Notes under the pieces: model-generated
Databases searched by the model: none
What the model was told of the DNA's origin: nothing
The model's input: the letters and a program-made list of their open reading frames with translations, nothing else
Shown here: piece after piece, positions 52,824 to 55,222 of the stretch
Position numbering within the stretch: the stretch's first letter is position 1
How the letters are laid out: each line of letters starts with the position of its first letter
Virus record (IMG/VR): IMGVR_UViG_3300039452_000031
DNA: 55,222 nucleotides
Reading direction: 5' to 3' (one strand)
DNA from: a virus
Lineage: Duplodnaviria; Heunggongvirae; Uroviricota; Caudoviricetes
Position numbers and translations under genes: made by a program

Positions 52824-53081
52824 ATGACGGAGAAGAAGCTCATCACCCCTCACGCTCACGAGGTCATGCTGCCGACCATGCAGGTGATCCTGCACGTGGC
52901 TCAGAAGAAGAAGCTGCCGCCCACCAACTGGGGCATCGAGGAGACCTTCCTCGATCACCTCCAGACCCAGGGCTACGTCTTCCTTCAGGGAAGTCACTGG
53001 TACCTTGGGCACCGCGGTCGCAAGCTGCTGGCCACCGTGGCCACGGAGATCACGAAGGCTCTGATTGGGGCTGCTCGATGA
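52824..53081 (+). CDS. Small hypothetical protein (winged-helix-like possible)
   Basis: GAAAGG upstream of the ATG at 52824. Confidence 0.65.
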   Translation: MTEKKLITPHAHEVMLPTMQVILHVAQKKKLPPTNWGIEETFLDHLQTQGYVFLQGSHWYLGHRGRKLLATVATEITKALIGAAR

Positions 53082-53452
53082 TCTACCTGTTCGCTGATGG
53101 TCGTATCGTAGATCGTAGGCTCCCGAACATGGAGCTTTTTCGGCAACCCTACGCGCTGATCTCCTTGGAGAAGTGGCAAGGTGACGAGGACTGCAAATAC
53201 GCGGTGACCCTGTCCTACTTGCACAGCCCTCCGATGTTTCGCAAGCAGGGTTGCGCCGCGCACATGGTGCAGTTGGTATTCGAGTTCATGCACCACAACC
53301 GCATCGAATGCCTCCCCTTCACTGACTGCGCTTCTGAGTTCTGGCTGAAGATGCGTCATCGCTACGGTGACCATGTTTGGCTCAAATCGGGAATCGAAGG
53401 TTGCCTGCGCCTCGATCCCACCACACCGTTCCCAGCGTACCTCAACGACTAA
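53078..53452 (+). CDS. Small GNAT-like protein
   Basis: PPMFRKQGCA (motif A-like) and ASEFWLKM (motif B-like). Confidence 0.55.
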   Translation: MIYLFADGRIVDRRLPNMELFRQPYALISLEKWQGDEDCKYAVTLSYLHSPPMFRKQGCAAHMVQLVFEFMHHNRIECLPFTDCASEFWLKMRHRYGDHVWLKSGIEGCLRLDPTTPFPAYLND

Positions 53453-53467
53453 CCTAGAAAGGTTTGT

Positions 53468-53665
53468 ATGCAAATCATCATCAAAGAGCCTGAGACCGGC
53501 AAGCTCAAGGCTCTGAACAAAGAGCAGTTTGACGCTTGCCACGACATCATCGTGGCCTACATGAATGCGGCCATGCAAGGTCGCGTGGCCAAGAAAAACC
53601 GCCTAGATGACGCCAAGGTCATCGCCAAGTGTGCCGAAGCCGGTTGCCCGATCAAGTTCGGCTAA
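53468..53665 (+). CDS. Small hypothetical protein
   Basis: GAAAGG upstream of the ATG. Confidence 0.7.
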   Translation: MQIIIKEPETGKLKALNKEQFDACHDIIVAYMNAAMQGRVAKKNRLDDAKVIAKCAEAGCPIKFG

Positions 53666-53699
53666 TCACTCACTGCTCATAAACCTAGAAAGGTTCATC

Positions 53700-54185
53700 A
53701 TGTCGGCTCTTATCAAGTCCCATAACGGCAAGACGTTCTTTGCCCACGCCCAAGGTCTGTACCGCTACTGGCTGTCGCCTGCACATGGCCAGCACGTCCC
53801 GGTCCTTAAGATTCAGGTCTCCAAGAAGATCATGAATGCCTTCCGCGCCAGCCCTGAGGGCCGCAAGGCCGAGCTGGCGGTCGATATCTTCGAAGTCGGT
53901 GGCGGCTGGTATGAAGTGCGGTCCGTCGAGGCCGAGCTGTGGGGCCGGATTTTCAAGGGCGTCCTGAGCTTCAACGGCATTCGCATCTTCCTTGCGGCCT
54001 TCAATCTGGCTCACGTCAAGGCTGTGAACGCCAACCCGTGCCAACCGATCAAGCTCGTGCGTGGCTGGGAGGCAGCGGTGGGTCGCCATCATCAGCACGA
54101 GCCCTCCGAGGCCGATCTTCAGCAATTGGTTGCCCGCTTCGGTCGTGGCGGTCAGAAGCCCTCACACTACGGCATGAGTCACTAA
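53700..54185 (+). CDS. Hypothetical protein (161 aa)
   Basis: GAAAGG upstream of the ATG at 53700. Confidence 0.7.
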   Translation: MSALIKSHNGKTFFAHAQGLYRYWLSPAHGQHVPVLKIQVSKKIMNAFRASPEGRKAELAVDIFEVGGGWYEVRSVEAELWGRIFKGVLSFNGIRIFLAAFNLAHVKAVNANPCQPIKLVRGWEAAVGRHHQHEPSEADLQQLVARFGRGGQKPSHYGMSH

Positions 54186-54187
54186 CC

Positions 54188-54481
54188 ATGACGCAGTTCA
54201 ACATTCAAGCCCACCTGCATCGCTTCGAAGGCCAAAGCAAGATCAGAACCACGGCCTGGATTCGATACTACGCGAGGATCGAAACCGCGATTCGGAGGTG
54301 CAGTGAATACCTGGTCGTCGAAGGTCAAGTTGGGGACGTGATCGAGTTCGTTTTGATCAAGATTCCTGGCTACCAACTAGGTACGGTTCGACTGAAGGCC
54401 ACAGGTCATCTCGATATCTTGTGGAACACTGCCGATGCAGCAAAGATTCGCAACCAGCAGTTGCTATGCGCCGCACCTTAG
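54188..54481 (+). CDS. Small hypothetical protein
   Basis: ATG 2 nt after the upstream stop. Confidence 0.6.
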   Translation: MTQFNIQAHLHRFEGQSKIRTTAWIRYYARIETAIRRCSEYLVVEGQVGDVIEFVLIKIPGYQLGTVRLKATGHLDILWNTADAAKIRNQQLLCAAP

Positions 54482-54551
54482 ACCAACTGAAGAAGCTCGG
54501 CTCCGACAAGTTTTCAAGCTCTTTTGAGTCCTAATCAAAAAAGGAAAGATC

Positions 54552-54845
54552 ATGTCTCTGAACGAACTATCGGTGCTCCCCTTGGTCACCATTGAGGGCA
54601 ACAACAAGGCTCTGGAACTCATCGCCAAGCACAAACGGGAGATCCTCTTCGCCGAGGCCGTCGTACAGTGCCACAACATCGTTAATCAAGCCCACGCAGG
54701 CATCATCACTTCCGCAGAAATGCTTGATGCCTTGGCTACGGTCACAAACGTAAGCAGGGTTCTGAAGATCGGCGACAAGGACCTGATCACGGGTCTTACG
54801 GTTACGATTGCGGACCTGGTGACGGGCTCGACTGTTAGGCCTTGA
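54552..54845 (+). CDS. Small hypothetical protein
   Basis: AAGGA upstream of the ATG. Confidence 0.65.
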   Translation: MSLNELSVLPLVTIEGNNKALELIAKHKREILFAEAVVQCHNIVNQAHAGIITSAEMLDALATVTNVSRVLKIGDKDLITGLTVTIADLVTGSTVRP

Positions 54846-54873
54846 AGTAAAATCTATCCACAGAGGAAGAACA

Positions 54874-55062
54874 ATGATCTTCGATATCGTTATCAAGGGC
54901 GAAGGGGTGATCTTCGTTGAACCTAAAGAGTTTTACGGCTCTCGCTACTTTGCCGCAGACACGGCCGAGCTTCTTTGGGAATGCGGCTGGCGGGCTGCCA
55001 AACAGAATTGGAACCTCGCCTGCTACGATGGCTACGAGAACGCTATCGCCTTCCAACACTAA
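54874..55062 (+). CDS. Small hypothetical protein
   Basis: GAGG upstream of the ATG. Confidence 0.6.
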   Translation: MIFDIVIKGEGVIFVEPKEFYGSRYFAADTAELLWECGWRAAKQNWNLACYDGYENAIAFQH

Positions 55063-55072
55063 GGAGACCTTT

Positions 55073-55222
55073 ATGACCATCACTGCGATGATTATTGCCC
55101 TGATCTTCACGGCGCCCATGGCCTACCTGACCTATATTCTGCTCAAGGCGCGTATGGAGCTTCGCCTTTTCAGGCTTCGTCGACAAATCAGCGACGAGTG
55201 TGCCCAGCTCTGCGTGGACCTC
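55073..55222 (+). CDS. Partial CDS with an N-terminal transmembrane helix
   Basis: AAGGAG upstream; MTITAMIIALIFTAPMAYLTYILLK...; open to the window edge. Confidence 0.6.
   Translation, partial: MTITAMIIALIFTAPMAYLTYILLKARMELRLFRLRRQISDECAQLCVDL

Noticed and set aside
45196-55119. Minus-strand ORFs in the rightward arm (for example 51032-51646, 52994-53578)
   Set aside because: Antisense to coupled plus-strand genes that have RBSs.

Overview
This window is a 55 kb segment of a large, probably jumbo, tailed dsDNA phage genome. The gene set resembles RSL1/Lu11/PaBG-type myoviruses, but that is recollection of gene content, not a database search. Genes are densely packed and often overlap at ATGA. 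They run on the minus strand from about 44.1 kb to the left edge and on the plus strand from 44.9 kb to the right edge, and the two arms diverge from an 830 bp non-coding, repeat-rich region that may be the replication origin. From left to right: (1) a virion/head-like block interleaved with enzymes (giant SNF2 ATPase, HNH, SprT protease, NUDIX, kinase, DEDDh exonuclease, GNAT, type IB topoisomerase) plus class Ia ribonucleotide reductase with a mini-intein; (2) a tightly coupled ~10 kb 7-deazaguanine DNA-modification operon (dpdL-like, PP-loop/PAPS-reductase-like, PIG-L deacetylase, glycosyltransferase, dpdA, queE, folE, MazG-like, queD, thyX) with no queC in the window; (3) replication genes (primase, a family A DNA polymerase split in two by a free-standing endonuclease, GT-D glycosyltransferase, SbcD/Mre11 nuclease); (4) an SF2 helicase-like protein, a Dda/RecD-like helicase with a LAGLIDADG intein, a Tad1-like anti-defence gene, and small early-type ORFs. 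The best leads are the possible sugar-hypermodified deazaguanine pathway, the split polA, and an N-terminal MKIxAxxRLxA motif shared by four unrelated proteins. All family assignments come from motifs read by eye; no searches were run.
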